Shown piece by piece: positions 28,583 through 41,671 of a stretch of 64,000 nucleotides of DNA. Position numbers and translations under genes: made by a program. The DNA is from Camelus ferus (lineage: Eukaryota): positions 56,732,001 to 56,796,000 of the forward strand of contig NC_045707.1 of NCBI RefSeq assembly GCF_009834535.1, written 5' to 3'. Every line of letters starts with the position of its first letter. Within the stretch, counting starts at the first letter, position 1. The notes below the pieces were generated by a model that ran no database searches, was not told where the DNA came from, and was given only the letters and a program-made list of their open reading frames with translations.

Positions 28583-28879
28583 CAGGCTGATCTGAGAGTT
28601 AGACAGTAGGAAACTTCATGGTAATGGCATGGGAAATATGGTACAGGCTAAATACACTGGCAAGCCTATGACATACTGCTAACACATTAGGATTTCCAGA
28701 ACTTGTCAGGAGTAATTGAAATTGGGTTGCTGCAGAACTGTAGACATTGGCCTTGCTGAATCAACAAAATGTTGTCTATCCCTTTCATTGTAACCCTGAC
28801 AAAACTTCAGGTTATGGAAGCTGGAGAAGAGTGAAAGTTACATGAAGCAGTAGAGAGTATACTCTTCGAGAGGGTTTCT

Positions 28880-29070
28880 AGAAGCAGTCTGCCTGGCTTT
28901 GTGTCTTAGCTCTGCCATTCCTAGCTATGTGACCTTGGGCAAGTGTCTTTATTTCCGGTGAGTCAATTTTTTTTTTCTGTCCGATAGGAATACAAATAGT
29001 ACTAACCTCATAAAGTTGCTACGAAGATTAAATTAATTAATATACTCAAAACTCTTAGCATACAGTCAGT
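28880..29070 (+). mobile_element. MIR SINE
   Basis: agctctgccattcctagctatgtgaccttgggcaagtg. Confidence 0.8.
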
Positions 29071-30099
29071 CTTCACAACAGCTTTATTATTATTTATGGT
29101 ATTTTCAAATAAATTTGCACTGAAATACTAAAGGAAGCCATAGAAATACTAATCATTGCCATGTATCATACAGGTGAAAATGTGTCATTATTAATTTCTC
29201 TTTTGCACAAAAGAGCAAGAAAATAAAGTTAATATTTCAGGCTTTCAAAAATAGGCTTCAGCAACTGCCTTGAGAATAATGAGTTTATAATAAAAGCAAA
29301 CTTTACTTACTCAGTGGGACTCTAGGCACACCATCACTTCTCTTGGAGATGTGGTTGAAAATAACAATATTTAAGGAAGACTTAGGCACTGATAGGATGG
29401 TAGCTTCATTGTCCAAGTTAAAGACAGCACAATTGGAAGTATAACCCAGTCTTTTTTCTGTGTGCTTGATGTCCAAAAAAAAAAAAAGAAAGAACAGTGA
29501 TGTCCCACTAAAAAGTCCCTTTATGTTATTGTTAGAGCCAGAGTGAAGGGGCTGAGTCACCCAGTAAGCCACCTGTTAAATCACAATGTTCCAAACTCTA
29601 GCTACCTTCAGGATATATTTGAGAGTAGGCTATTCATTAGTCATAACTGAAAACATTACTTGGTACTGAAATGCAATTTGAATACATGTAATCTCTGTAA
29701 CTGACACTTATTACTAAACTCATACTCTAAGTTTCTAAGTCTATGTAGAAGTTTAGGCAGCCCCTTATAAACGAAAGTTAAATTCAGTTGGGAAAGACAC
29801 ATTTGCAGTTAAGAGATCTTAGCATTTTTGTCCTATCCAGGAACAACATTATTTGTGAGGTTCTCTTTGAGATCAACAGAAAATATTAAGCACTTTGTAT
29901 CAGACTATTATAAATGGTACCCTGGTATAAGCCTCAACACTTTCAAACTTGTAAAGTGATTTCTCTACTTGTAGATTTTTGTTAAATGTTAAAGATGAAA
30001 GTGAGATCTATATGTAACATGTACATGTGTGATACAGATTATAATGTATGTATATTTGTGTATATGTGTGTGTGATTTTCATGGTCTTGGGCTAAAGTG

Positions 30100-30800
30100 G
30101 TAACTTTTAAAACTTGATACTAAAAATAAAAATCCTGAAGGGAAAATAGATGTTACTATAAAATAGCTAAACACACAAAAAAGATAAAATATATTTAAAA
30201 TTGGAAAAAAAATATGTAACAGAGTTATTTGACTACATATTAAATAATCTTAATATGTGACTATATCTTAAAAATCATTGAAAAAGATAAACCTTCTAAT
30301 GTTCCAAAAGCTATGAACAATTCATTCAAAAAGGAATGATATATCCTCCTCTATGGAATTGACAAGTATTGATAATTTTCATATTGCCAAGACTATGAAG
30401 AAATAGTGTCTTTTACATAATGTTGATGTAAGTAGAAACTGGTAAAACACTTTTGGAGGACACTATGGTAATACGAGTCAAAATTTTAAATATTTATATT
30501 TTTATTAGCAATTTAACTTAGGAGAATATATCTGGAGGAAATAATCAGGCAAGTGTTCAAATATCCACCAACAAGACTGTGAATCAAAATATTGCTTATA
30601 ATAATGAAAAAATGGTAGGAAACTAAACTACCCAACAACAGGGGATTTGATAACAAAGTCTAGAATATTCAAATGGTGGAATACTCTTTTAATCATCAAA
30701 ACATACGCTACAGAAATATGCCTATGGACTTTGAAAACTCTCAATAGATTTTTAATGGAAAAAAAGGCTTCCAAATATCAAGAGGAAATATGACAATAAA
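30100..30800 (+). mobile_element. ancient L1ME-like 3' fragment
   Basis: A-rich; gtaagtagaaactggtaaaacacttttggagg and aactaaactacccaacaacaggggattt. Confidence 0.55.
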
Positions 30801-30899
30801 GAAATATATTTAAAAATATGCACGAGTCTCTGAATGGGTGCAGTATGTGAGTGTGTATGTATACCATTACTTCATTAATGGTAGTGTGTTAGCGGAGGT

Positions 30900-31400
30900 G
30901 GACAAGCCAAAAATGTTTCCGCTCTCATGCAGTATATGTTCTACAGAGGCAAGTTCAACAACAAACAACTATGCACAAGAATTAACAAGATAAATTCAAA
31001 TGTGATGGTTGTTCTGAAGAAAAGAAAAGTAATTCTTGCATTAGGGGAAATGATTCACACTTAAAAAGGGAGCTCTGGAAAGATGCCTTTGAAGTAGAAA
31101 TGTTGGAACCAAGACTTAAAAGAAAAGGAGCTAGTTAGGAGAGGACTGAACATAGCCTTCTAGGAAGAGGGAAGAGCAAGGACAAAGGATTCTCAGGCCA
31201 GAAAAGGCTTGCAGAGCTGGAGCAGAAAGAAGGCTGATGTGATGGGGGTAACTGCACAATGAGAAGAGCGAGAGAAAGTCTGAGATGCTGGTAACCTGAT
31301 GGCCCTGGTGGGTCATGAGTATTTAAAAGAAGAAGTGTATTTTAATCTTAGTGCAATGCATGAATTTTTTATAGTTACAAAAATAATGACACAATTTTAT
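30900..31400 (-). mobile_element. L2 fragment
   Basis: Purine-rich L2 antisense motifs (ttctaggaagagggaagagcaaggacaaagg). Confidence 0.6.
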
Positions 31401-32660
31401 TTTTAAAATTACCTTGCCTTGGAAAGTAAAAATTCACATAGAATCTTAAGCATCGCCTTCCTAAGACAACTGGTTTTGCTTTCCCTAACAGTTTAACAGG
31501 GAATCAGGTTCATTGAATCACAGCTAATTGTAAAGCTTTCAAAATTAGCAGAAATCTTCCATTAAGGGCCAGTGATTATGTTTATTAGTATTTCTGGCCT
31601 GATTTGTTATTAGGTAAAGGATGCTATTACAGTGTAATCTCATGCATTTTAACAGCTGCGTTATTCCCAATCATTTGAAGAAGGCTGTAAACTGAGTGTC
31701 TAAACTAACAGTAGCTAGTAATAATCCATTTTATTTGGAGGCACTTCACAGAAATTAGTGGATCTATGTGGTTGAATGTTTATTGTTACTGTTATAAAGT
31801 TTAATGTTACTGACTGTCACTATTGCTTCATGTTAATTCAACTAAATAAATACTACTTGTAATTTTTCCACAAGTAACAATTTTATGAAAATAACCTCAG
31901 AAAACTTTTTATATGAGATTTATCAACTTCCAAGTAATTGCTAAATGTATTTTCCTTAATTTTAGAGTAATTGGTGGATGGTTCCCCAAATCTCTAGTTT
32001 AGTTCTGGCCAAAAGATTTTGACCATTCTAAGCCATTTTCAATTTGATTCTGAATTATGTTGTCCTCCTCTGTACTTTTATATTTCTCAAAATTTAAAAA
32101 AGATAATCAAAATAAATATAATTGCTATATATTTCTACCTGATTTTTATTTTTATCTTTAGCTTTAACACGTACAAATGCTACTAAAATCAGCAGATTCA
32201 AAGGAAGGGCAATATACATGCATCAGAAAAGTATTTTTGTATGTTAATTTTCTAAGCTTGTGGAAATAACAAAAGTAACACAATAAATAGTCTCATTAAA
32301 AAAAAAAAAGGTGGTCATGAATTTCTCCACTAAAGCAGCACAATACTGTAGAAGCTTTCCAGGTTTAATTAAAATTATAAAATACAGCTTCTTTAGGTGA
32401 AACTACATTTTTAAAAAATACTCAGTGCTTTTCCACAAATATAAGAGAATACTTCTGTGTCTTATAATGCTAAACTTTTATGGTTTTCATTTAAATCACA
32501 TAGAGAGGATTTTATGGGCTCAGTGTGGAATAATCCCTAATCTTCTAAATTGGTGTTGTCCATTAACTTGTTTTATAATCCTTTTAGAACAGTACTCTTT
32601 AATACTGTACATGTAGTTTAAAACTTTCCAGAAGTCATTTAAAAATAGAAAAAATAAATA

Positions 32661-33147
32661 CAGGCAGACTTCATTTTATTGCACTTCACCTCCTGTCCTT
32701 TGCAGATACTGTGTGTTTTACAAATTGAAGGTCTGTGGCAGCCTTGCCTCGAGCAAGTCTATCGATGTCATTTTCCCAACAGCATCTGCTCACTGTGACT
32801 CTGTGTCACATATTGGTAATTCTCACAATGTTTCAAACTTGGTCATTATTATTATGCTTATTATGTGATCTGTGATCAGTGATCTTTGATGTTACTCTTG
32901 CAAAAAGACTCAGACTTGCTGAAGGTTCAGATGATGGTTAGCATTTTTAAGCAACAATGTATTTTTAACTAAGGTACACTTTTTTTTAGACATATTGATA
33001 AATATACACTTAATAGAATACAGTAGTGTAAACATAACTTTTCTATGCACTGGGAAATCAAAATACTTGTGTCACTCACTTTTTTTTGATATTTGCTTTA
33101 TTGCAGTGGTCTGGAACCAAACCAGCAATATCTCTGAGGTATGCTCA
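32661..33147 (+). mobile_element. Tigger1-derived non-autonomous element (Tigger1a_Art-like)
   Basis: Starts caggcagacttcattttattg, ends caatatctctgaggtatgctca, flanked by TA at both ends; Tigger1 left and right ends joined with the transposase deleted. Confidence 0.85.
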
Positions 33148-33159
33148 TAGGCAAAGTAA

Positions 33160-33270
33160 TATTAATAATGTGTTTTATGTAAACCAATGTATCCAAAAAT
33201 ATTATCATTTCAACATGTGGTAGTAGCCACATTTCCAGTGTCCAGTTGCCACGTGTGCCTTGCAGCTCCA
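33160..33270. mobile_element. MER3/MER33-like hAT fragment
   Basis: atccaaaaatattatcatttcaacatgt...tagccacatttccagtgtccagttgccacgtgtg. Confidence 0.65.
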
Positions 33271-34559
33271 AACCAGGCAGTAAAGCTTTAGAACATGCAT
33301 TGATTTATGATTTGAGTCCTTACAGACTATAGTTTCTCCAAAAGAGAAACTACTTCTCATTTAACAAAGATGAAAACACAGCGGAAAAAAGTTGAAGCAC
33401 TGATTAGGCAGTTTTGCGTCATGACAAAACAACCCGCTGTATCACCTTATTTGGTTTGGGTTTTTGCATTTTTACCTTTAAGTGGTATGTTTCGGCTCTG
33501 GGTAGGCAAAGTCTTGTATGCTCCAAGACTCTACAGTATTAATTCACTGAGACTGTCCTCCTTTCCATATTCCACAGACACGCCATTTTCTCTCAGGCTT
33601 ATGACTTTGAACAAGTTACTCCTTCTGTCTGGAATAAGCTACTCCCACTTAATGAACAGTCAAAACTCTACTTGTCCTCAAGGTCTGGCTCAAATTACAT
33701 GCCCTGTGTAAATCTAGCTCAGAATCCACCAAGCAAATGACTTGACTCCCCAATGGTGAGGCTTCCATAGCATTTCTGTGTGTACATCTCTTTTATAGCA
33801 CTTGTTGAACTGTGTATTGATTTGGTATTTATATGATTATTTTACTTCCCTCTCCCTCCAACTGGACTATGGACACACTGTGAGTAGGCACTAAACATTA
33901 TTAATTTTTGCCAGTCTGACACCAGCCAGAGGATAGACACAAGGTAGGTTACTAATAAATGTTTGTATATTATATTTTACTACCCCAAAGTATTATGCAC
34001 TTTGACATTTTTTAGATAACTACAATTCTGAATTTTTCTTATATATTATCTCCAGGTATTAAAAATTGCCAAGGCACATGAACTTTGCATGTGCACACAC
34101 ATATGTAATACAATTCTGCAACTTTAGAGGGACCTGCTATTATTTACTTTATCTCATCTCACAGGTGCTCACTTTTTGGAGGGCCATGGCTTTTCATCAG
34201 AGACTCATTAAGTTTCATTAAATATTTTACAGCCTTTTTTCACATCATGAAATCATTGTATATATCCTTTTCATGTTGTATATTTAAACATTAGCTCCTC
34301 AAGATTGTAACTTTTTTATTTTAAGAGTAATGTCTATCTTTATTTTTATTCAACTCTCCCCATAATATCCTGCAGTATTCTGGGCATAAAGTAGTTACTG
34401 GGTTCAATAAAAACTTGGTGAACTCAAAAAACTTCCACGTAACAATTACGTGTAATACTTAAAGGTTACTGAATAGCAATATAGTTAAGTATTTTTATAT
34501 TGTATAATTTATAATAAACCCTACTTAACTATTTAAGTGCATGCTGAATGCCTATTTCA

Positions 34560-36430
34560 TACTTGAGTTCATTCGTCATATTGAGTGCTACAAATCCAGC
34601 CAATGTGCTAGATACTGAGCATGCATTAATGAATACAAGGAATTCACCTTTTTGTATTTTACAGTGTAATTAAAAATACAGATACCTAGTAAATAGGCAA
34701 CAAGTACATATAATTTTTTTTTAATTCGATGAGGAACAAATGGTTGAGAAACAGAGAATAACAAGAGGGATTCATATAGATGAAGTGAATAGGGACTCCA
34801 TGAGTAGGGGACACTTAAACTGGGAATTGAAGAATTAAGAAAGAATCGCTGTATGAAGATCAGGAGGAAGGGAGTTCCCAGGAGAGGAAATAGAGTGGGT
34901 AAGACAGAACAGGGGGCATGCTGGGATCTAAGGGATGGTCACTGCAGCAAGTCCCCAGTGCCATGAAATGAAGGTGAAAGGGTAGGCAAGGTACAGGGTT
35001 AAGTTGAGATTGGCAGGCCACAATAGGATTTGCATTTTACTTAAAAGATTTTGAGTAATGAAGGGAGTCTTGCTTAACAGGTGTGCCTGCTAAACAAGTG
35101 GAGGAGGACAAGAGGATAGACAGAATAAGAAGACTAAGGGGCACATTATTGGAGTTTCTAGAATAGACAACAGTGAGTTGGGCCACAGTCATAGCAATGG
35201 TGAGGAAGAGAAGATGATGTATTTGGGACTGATATAGAGAAGACTTAAGGGATAGTCTGGAGGATTAAGGAAGGGTGAAGAATCGAGAATGACTAACAGG
35301 TATTTTCTGCTTTGTAATTTGTGGGTGCTAAAGTTGTTTTTTGTTTGTTTGTTTTTTAGATGGGCAAGAGTAAGAGTGAAACTCAATTACGAGGGTATAA
35401 AAAAGAATTTTTAAGCTTAAGTTTGAGGTGCCTGTGAGATGCCAGTAAAATGTAGGATAAGTATATTGTTATAAAAATCTGGAGCTCAGAGGAAGTTTGA
35501 AAGGTGAAAAGTACAAATTTGGAATTCATTGACGCATGTAGATAGTCTTTAAAAGTTATGGAACTGGAATTGGACAAAAACCCCTGGAGAAAAAGTGTAG
35601 AGAAAGAAGGAGGAGGTCTCCAGACTGAACCCTGGGAACCCCTGTGTCTGATCTCAGGCTGCCATAATACTATAGTCTGGGTGACTTAAACAACAGCATT
35701 TATTTCTTTTATTTCTTGGGAAGTCCAAGATCAAGATGCCGGCAGATTTGGTTCTTGCTGAGGGCCCTTTCCCTGACTTGGCAGACATCTGCCTTTTCTC
35801 TGTGTCCTCAAAGGGAGGAGAGAGCGAGAGCTTTGGTGTTACTCCTCTTCTTAGGACACTAATTCCATTATGAGAGCTTCACCCTCTTGCTTCATCCAAA
35901 GCTAATCATGTCCTCAAAGCTCTACCTCCTGATACCATCACTGTGAGGATTAGACTCCAACACGTGAATTTGAGAGTGACATAAACAGTCAGTTCATAAC
36001 AACTGGCCTTTAGAGTTTTGTTTGACGAGGATAAACTAGAGAAATAGGAATAAAACCCAGAGACCGTAGTGTCACTAGAGCCCTCCCTCCCATAAAACCT
36101 TTTTTGTGGTTTTATAGCGTACCTTGGCTAAAACCCCCAAATCCTTAGTGTGTTCTATAAATCTCAGTGTTTTGAAAAAGGATGTGAACAACTCCAGGAA
36201 ATGCTACTGACAGGTAGTAAAATGGACTTAAATAATTTGGTGATGTCAGCAAGACTGGCTTCCCCAGAGTGGTAGTTTTTGAAGCTAGGCAGGAGTGCCT
36301 GGACTGGGCTGTACTTAAAGGTGGCGGGAACTAGTGGTGACGACATTATAATTTTGGCTGTCAACGGCAAGAGAGAAACAGAGTAGTCACTGGGAAAGAA
36401 AATGGACTGAGGAAAGATTCATTTAGGCAG
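34560..36430 (-). mobile_element. L2 LINE antisense, interrupted by MLT1A
   Basis: attgagtgctacaaatccagccaatgtgctagatactgag; ggagctcagaggaagtttgaaaggtga; agactgaaccctgggaacc. Confidence 0.7.
35643..36001 (-). mobile_element. MLT1A-like MaLR solo LTR
   Basis: Reverse strand begins tgttatgaactgactgtttatgtcactctcaaattcacgtgttggagtc; internal ggaagtccaagatcaagatgccggcagatttgg; TG...CA termini. Confidence 0.8.
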
Positions 36431-36999
36431 GGACATGCTACAGCACGTTTGTCCATCAAAGGTCTGTGTGTGCATAACTACACCAGCTTGCAAAATCTGG
36501 GCTAGAGTGTGGCACTCACTAGACAAGAGTAGTCCCAGTGCCATTTATGGGACTGGTGGGGGTGGTCTCCGACGAGAAGCTGCAGCAGCCCAGGTGTCTG
36601 CCAGCTGCCCTATTTTTCCTATTCTTACTCAGCGACCAGCTGCTAGAAGCAAGTGATAGGAAATTCCTGCTTACAGCCCACGTTTTCTCTCACTTTCTCA
36701 AGTTACCAGTCTGATGCTTTTTCTCTTTCTCTTTCCTTACTTACCCAACTCTCGTAAATCTAAGCTTTCAGCCACATTCTTTTGTATTCTTTTTACCGTC
36801 CTAGAATATATACAGCTTACTCTTGTGAGGTTAATTGAAATCAGAAAAAGACTTCAGTTCAGGGTTTATCAGAAGAACAGTTACGCGATGAAATGAAGCA
36901 TAAGTAATAAGCCTCTATTTAGATAGTTTTAATGGATAACCTCATTTCTATTTTTACAACACTGAAGGAGAAAAATGGTAGATTAGGCAGTGATTGATA

Positions 37000-37230
37000 T
37001 TTATTTACTGAGCACTGACTATATTTAATATGCTGTTGTAAGTGCTTTATGTGAAATATGTCATTTAAATTTCACAATAACCCATTAAGTCAGCTATTAT
37101 TTTCATCCTCATTTTATAGATAAAAAAAGAGGTTAAGTGACTTAATTAAGATCGTACATTTTAGAAGTCTTGGAGACAGGAGTTTGGAGACAGGAGTTCA
37201 CTCAAGTAATCTGACCCAAAGCCTAGGCTG
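37000..37230 (-). mobile_element. MIR SINE
   Basis: tttactgagcactgactat...cctcattttatagataaaaaaagaggttaagtgactt. Confidence 0.75.
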
Positions 37231-38807
37231 AGGCATCAAAAAATGATATGGATGAATGTCCAAGCAGAGTTCCAGCATCCCAGAGATGGTGCCCTAGATC
37301 CTTCTAAATGCATGGATCAGTTTAACCCAAGCCCCAAAAAGGAAGGAATCGTGTCTTTGTCTAACACTTATAAGCAGTAGTAATAGCAGCAGCTACAGAA
37401 GCTGCACTTAGTAAGAGCTGAACTTTGCTGAATGGTGACTAAGTGCCAGAATTGTCCCAACCACTCGTAGCATTTTGATTTAATCTTAAACATAATGTCC
37501 AGTACCAGAAGTGGAACTAGTAATTTTTTATATACTGATACAAATTGTTTTGAAACACATTTTCTAGAACCATACTTTGAAATGTGAAAAAAAACAAACC
37601 AACCTTTGGACAGAGAACATTTTCAGGTTCCATATTTTATTCTTATAAACAATAAGAACCTTTATTCCTTATAGAAATAAGCTTATCATTTACTTTTTCA
37701 CAAGCTATGACAAATTTTATATTTGGCAGAAGAAAACATCTTTAAAAAGCCTAAAAATAGGAATTTGAACTTTTCTTTAAAATTTGCAAATGCTAGACAG
37801 TGAGTAGACCGTGGCCTTCAATGAACAAGTGTAATTTTTCAAAACATTTTCACTTACATGTCAAGTGTGATCTTTGTTGTTACTCTTACCGTTACATAAG
37901 TTTATCTTTGCTTTTCAAATGAGGTAACTGTGGTCCTTACAGACTAGCCTCAAATAATTTTTGTGGCAAACCCAGAATTAACTAGACAGCAAAGACAGGA
38001 CATCCAATTTTTTTTTTTTTCCTTGTCATTTTGACCCTTACTCAGGGACTTTACTGGCAGCATTGAACAACCCTGTGGACACAAGAGGTGTCCCCAAAGA
38101 GTGCAAAAAACATCACCCTCCCAAGACCCGGAGCCATTTCTAAAAACAACCAGAAGAAAGAAAGACTCAGACAAATCCCCTGAGAGCTGCAATTGTTGGT
38201 AAGACCCTGGCCACCAACGGAGTGCCACTCACATTTCTGTCCAGTCATATTTTTGTCGCCCTCCAACCTGACTGTTGCCAACCCAAGTTCTTAGGACACA
38301 AGAGACAGTTAAGAAGGCAAAAGCCATCCTGGGAAAGGATCAACTATCAATCAGTACTCGAAAGCAAATTCACAAGTCAGTTCAAAGATTCAATTCTCAC
38401 ACTTGTTTTTTGGCCTGCCAGTCTGACAACCTGAAGCTTTACTCTCCTCTCTCCACCAGGCATCACAGATAGAAATCTGTCTTTGATAAAAAAAAATCTT
38501 ACCGTTTGCTGTCTTCTGCCAGTTTCCCCCAGGCTTCTGCAGGCTCTGGAACAAGTGGGATGTCCCCCGCTGGCCTTGTCCTGGTCTCCAGAAACACATG
38601 AGGAGGAGGGAACGTGGTTTTCCCTCGACTCCTTTCAGGGAGTGCTTGCCCGAGGCCCCCTTTTCTCTAGGACGCCTCGTAAACGGAAAAGTGTATCCAG
38701 GTTGAAAGTTCTCTCTGTGGCCGCCGTAATTCAAGGTTATCTCGGGTAAAGGTTAACCTGCTTGTTCAGCCTCAGAACAAAATTTTCTTCACCTGACGCT
38801 TCATGCT

Positions 38808-38965
38808 TGACCCAAGTCCGGCTTAAGCCGGACCCCGTCTGACCCGGAACCAGTCCCGGTTCTACCGCCTCAGCGGTCCGACCCTGGACCCGGCCCCCGT
38901 TTCTAAGTGGGACCCAGTCTGACCCTGCACTCGGCCCCGTTTCTAAATTGGACCCAGTCCGGCTT
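38808..38965. repeat. imperfect GC-rich tandem repeats in the ERV leader
   Basis: Repeated gaccc(a)gtc(c/t)g units and two copies of cggcccc(c)gtttctaa(g/a)t(g/t)ggacccagtc. Confidence 0.8.
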
Positions 38966-39165
38966 CAGCAGGTTTCCAGACGGAGCCTCGACACTTGAGA
39001 TGCATTTAAACGCCGTCCGGAAGCTCCTCCGGCAAAAAGCTGCGGAGGCTCCTGGAGGGACGACCCGCAGGCTCCTGAGGCGGCGAGGAGGCAGCGAGCC
39101 CAGGGGCTCAGCAGGTACCCCGGCTGGTCGCTCTTGGCTCCTGGGCCCTCAGGGGTCTCCTTTGG

Positions 39166-39183
39166 CTCCCTCTTCTCACACTA
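39166..39183 (-). other. degenerate retroviral primer-binding site (tRNA-Leu type)
   Basis: Minus strand tagtgtgagaagagggag vs TGGTGTCAGAAGTGGGAT (complement of the tRNA-Leu(CAA) 3' end): 14/18 match, 5 nt downstream of the LTR end. Confidence 0.6.
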
Positions 39184-39188
39184 AGAGC

Positions 39189-39562
39189 TGTTAGAAGATA
39201 AACTGAGGCATACCAAACATGTGAGTTTGTATGAGCAAAAGTCGATTCAAGTGGAGCAGCATGCAGTCTAGCAAACTAGAAAGGCGCTCCGGGGAGCCGT
39301 TCAAAATGAGACATAGACAGAAGGGAGCGGGAACAAGTTGAATAAACTAGGCCGAAGCCACACTAGTTGCAGCAGAGTTACTTTCCTTTAAGGGAGGGCA
39401 GGGATCTCTCAGGCAGATTACTTAACTAAGGCTGATCGGGCAGTTCCTGACTGGTCTAAGATACCGTCTCTGGGAGAGCCAACACTAAGTTAAGTCTCCT
39501 CAGTTTAGTGACGGGCTTAGCTTAGACGACGCCATTTGAGGCCTGTTGTCTTGTTTTAAACA
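39189..39562 (-). mobile_element. ERV1-type 5' LTR (374 bp)
   Basis: Minus strand starts tgtttaaaacaagacaacaggcctcaaatggcgtc and ends gcctcagtttatcttctaaca (TG...CA), followed by a PBS-like motif. Confidence 0.75.
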
Positions 39563-39884
39563 AAGGATATATAATTCTTTTCTAATGCAGTATTAAGTAG
39601 AGAAATACAACTTGGGAAAACAAAAGCAGGAAAAGATATTTTGCTGACTCTCATACAGCTAAGATAGACTACGTGGGGGCAAAAATAACGGGACCTTTAT
39701 GCTTATACTTCCTACACGCCCTCCACTACTTTTCAAGTGCTGGGCATTACCAGGTGTTATAGGACTGATTTCCCAGCAAAGGGGATGCCTACATGCTAAA
39801 CAACATTATTGGTTCCCGCTTTTCTTCTTTGGTGACTCCTTATCCACAGACTATATTCAGCTTGTAAACACGATCAGATCTTGT

Positions 39885-40030
39885 CCATCCTGAAAAACAA
39901 ACCTCTGGTGCTGGAAATGCAGATTTGCATTCCCAGACCCTCTGAATCAGAAATATTTGGATGAAGTGTGGGATCTGGCTTTTTAATCAGTTTTCCAGGC
40001 TACTCTTTGCTCACAGAGATTTGAAACTGA
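39885..40030. mobile_element. MER5-like hAT fragment
   Basis: aaatgcagatt...cccagaccctctgaatcagaaat...ctggctttttaatcagttttccagg. Confidence 0.6.
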
Positions 40031-40049
40031 GTAACAAGGTAAAATTAGC

Positions 40050-40720
40050 AGGCCTGAGTGACTGATTAGCTGTGACAGAGAAAGGAAATTGTCCAGGGAT
40101 TCCACAAGGTTTGATTGGGGTGATGAAGGATTGTGTTATGAACTGAGGTGTGAGGGACAATTGAAAAGGCAAGATGAACACTTCAGTTTGGACATATTAT
40201 GTTTGAGATTTCTGGGTGATAGTAAGCACCAGGACAGATCAAGATTTAGGAATCATCAGTATATATTATTGTTGGTGGTTGTGGCTCTATAGATGAATTA
40301 GATTATCCAAAGGAATCACAGAACAAGAAGACAGATGGACCAAGGATCGAATCCTGTGGAAAATCAAGGGAGCTCAGGAAAAGGGGCCTCCATGAAGTCT
40401 GAGAAGGGGTGATCGTGGGGATAAGAGTGGAACTAGAAGAAACTCCAGTATTTTTATGGAAAAAAAATTTCATGGATTAAAATTTAAGGAGTGAAAATTC
40501 ACCCCTGTTATAACAATATTCACATCTAAGAATAATCTTATTTAGCAACATATTTAGATCATTGTGCCCTTGACAAGATAAGATTCAGAATAATTGTAGA
40601 AGCAGAAACAGGTTTGGAATTTAATGATCAGTAAAGATATGGAGAGAGAAAAATGTGTACTATTCCTATAAGATGGTCTAAAAATAGAAGGAGAGGCAGG
40701 GAGATACCTGGGGGATGATT
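40050..40720 (-). mobile_element. L2 fragments
   Basis: gatgaacacttcagtttggacatattatgtttgagattt. Confidence 0.6.
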
Positions 40721-41616
40721 CAAGGCTAACAAATGTATATTCAGAGACAATAATTAATATTCCTTAAAGTTATAAGGCTAATACTCACCGTGATGATAAA
40801 ATTCACTAAAAGTAAGCTGTTATGTTTATAGAATCATCTCAGAATTCAGTAATTTGTTTTTCCTTTCATTTTAATTGCACTTAACTAACCTACACCTGAC
40901 TCTAATAATCAAAGCAGAAGCTGACTTTTGTTTTAGGGTCTATTTCATAATGTTTAATGTATACATTCTCTACAAAAGCTTATGTTGCTAGTATGAATAA
41001 GGTAATTTTACCATTACACAATTTTTGTTATACAAAATGTTCATGATAAATATTGAAAAAACTTTAAATCAAGAAGAAAATATCTCTGCCAAAAGGCATG
41101 TTTACATAATTTTAAAATCATTAAAAATGTAAATAATCTTTATATATTATTATGTTTATTTTTAAAAACATAAACAGAGTAGGGTCTGATAACCCTACAT
41201 TTTTAAACTGCTATTCAGAAAAATCAAATTCAAATCAGTAGTCAGTTGGTCCTGTTTTATCTTTGAGGATGAATTTGCCCATTAAAAAAGGTTTATACAC
41301 TATATAGTAACTTATAGTTTCTTGAATCCTGTAATGTTTTATTTCTGTGGCTTTGATTCTGTATATCCTTTGACAGTAGAATGTCTGATCTAAAGGCTTT
41401 TCTGACTTAGAAGAAATAACTCTGCTTTTCAAAACTACTTAAGGATAGCAAATATCTTAGCTCTACGAATATTTATAATAAACTCTCCTGTGCTCAAAGG
41501 TATTTTCTTACAATATATGGTAATTATCATGGAACATGCTTTAGATAACTTACATCCAGACTACTCAAGGCACTACTTTAAAGAAGAAAAAGAATGAATC
41601 TTTATTTCCATAATAG

Positions 41617-41671
41617 TGTTTGTGTGTGTGTGCGTGTGTGTGTGTGTGTACAAGTGTGTGCATATATATAT
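41617..41671. repeat. (TG)n/(TA)n microsatellite
   Basis: Visible interrupted TG run followed by TA. Confidence 0.9.

Larger units (their letters stand above)
37950..39188 (-). mobile_element. ERV1 (MER4-group-like) internal 5' leader, truncated
   Basis: Directly follows the LTR and PBS on the minus strand; GC/CpG-rich with short internal repeats; no gag ORF or 3' LTR seen. Confidence 0.65.

Noticed and set aside
38808..38965. Repeat-spacer-like pattern
   Set aside because: Irregular degenerate repeats inside a mammalian ERV leader; no constant repeat with unique spacers, so not CRISPR.
37950..39194. Cluster of overlapping ORFs in the GC-rich region
   Set aside because: No recognisable gag, pol or env motifs; explained by the higher GC content of the ERV leader.
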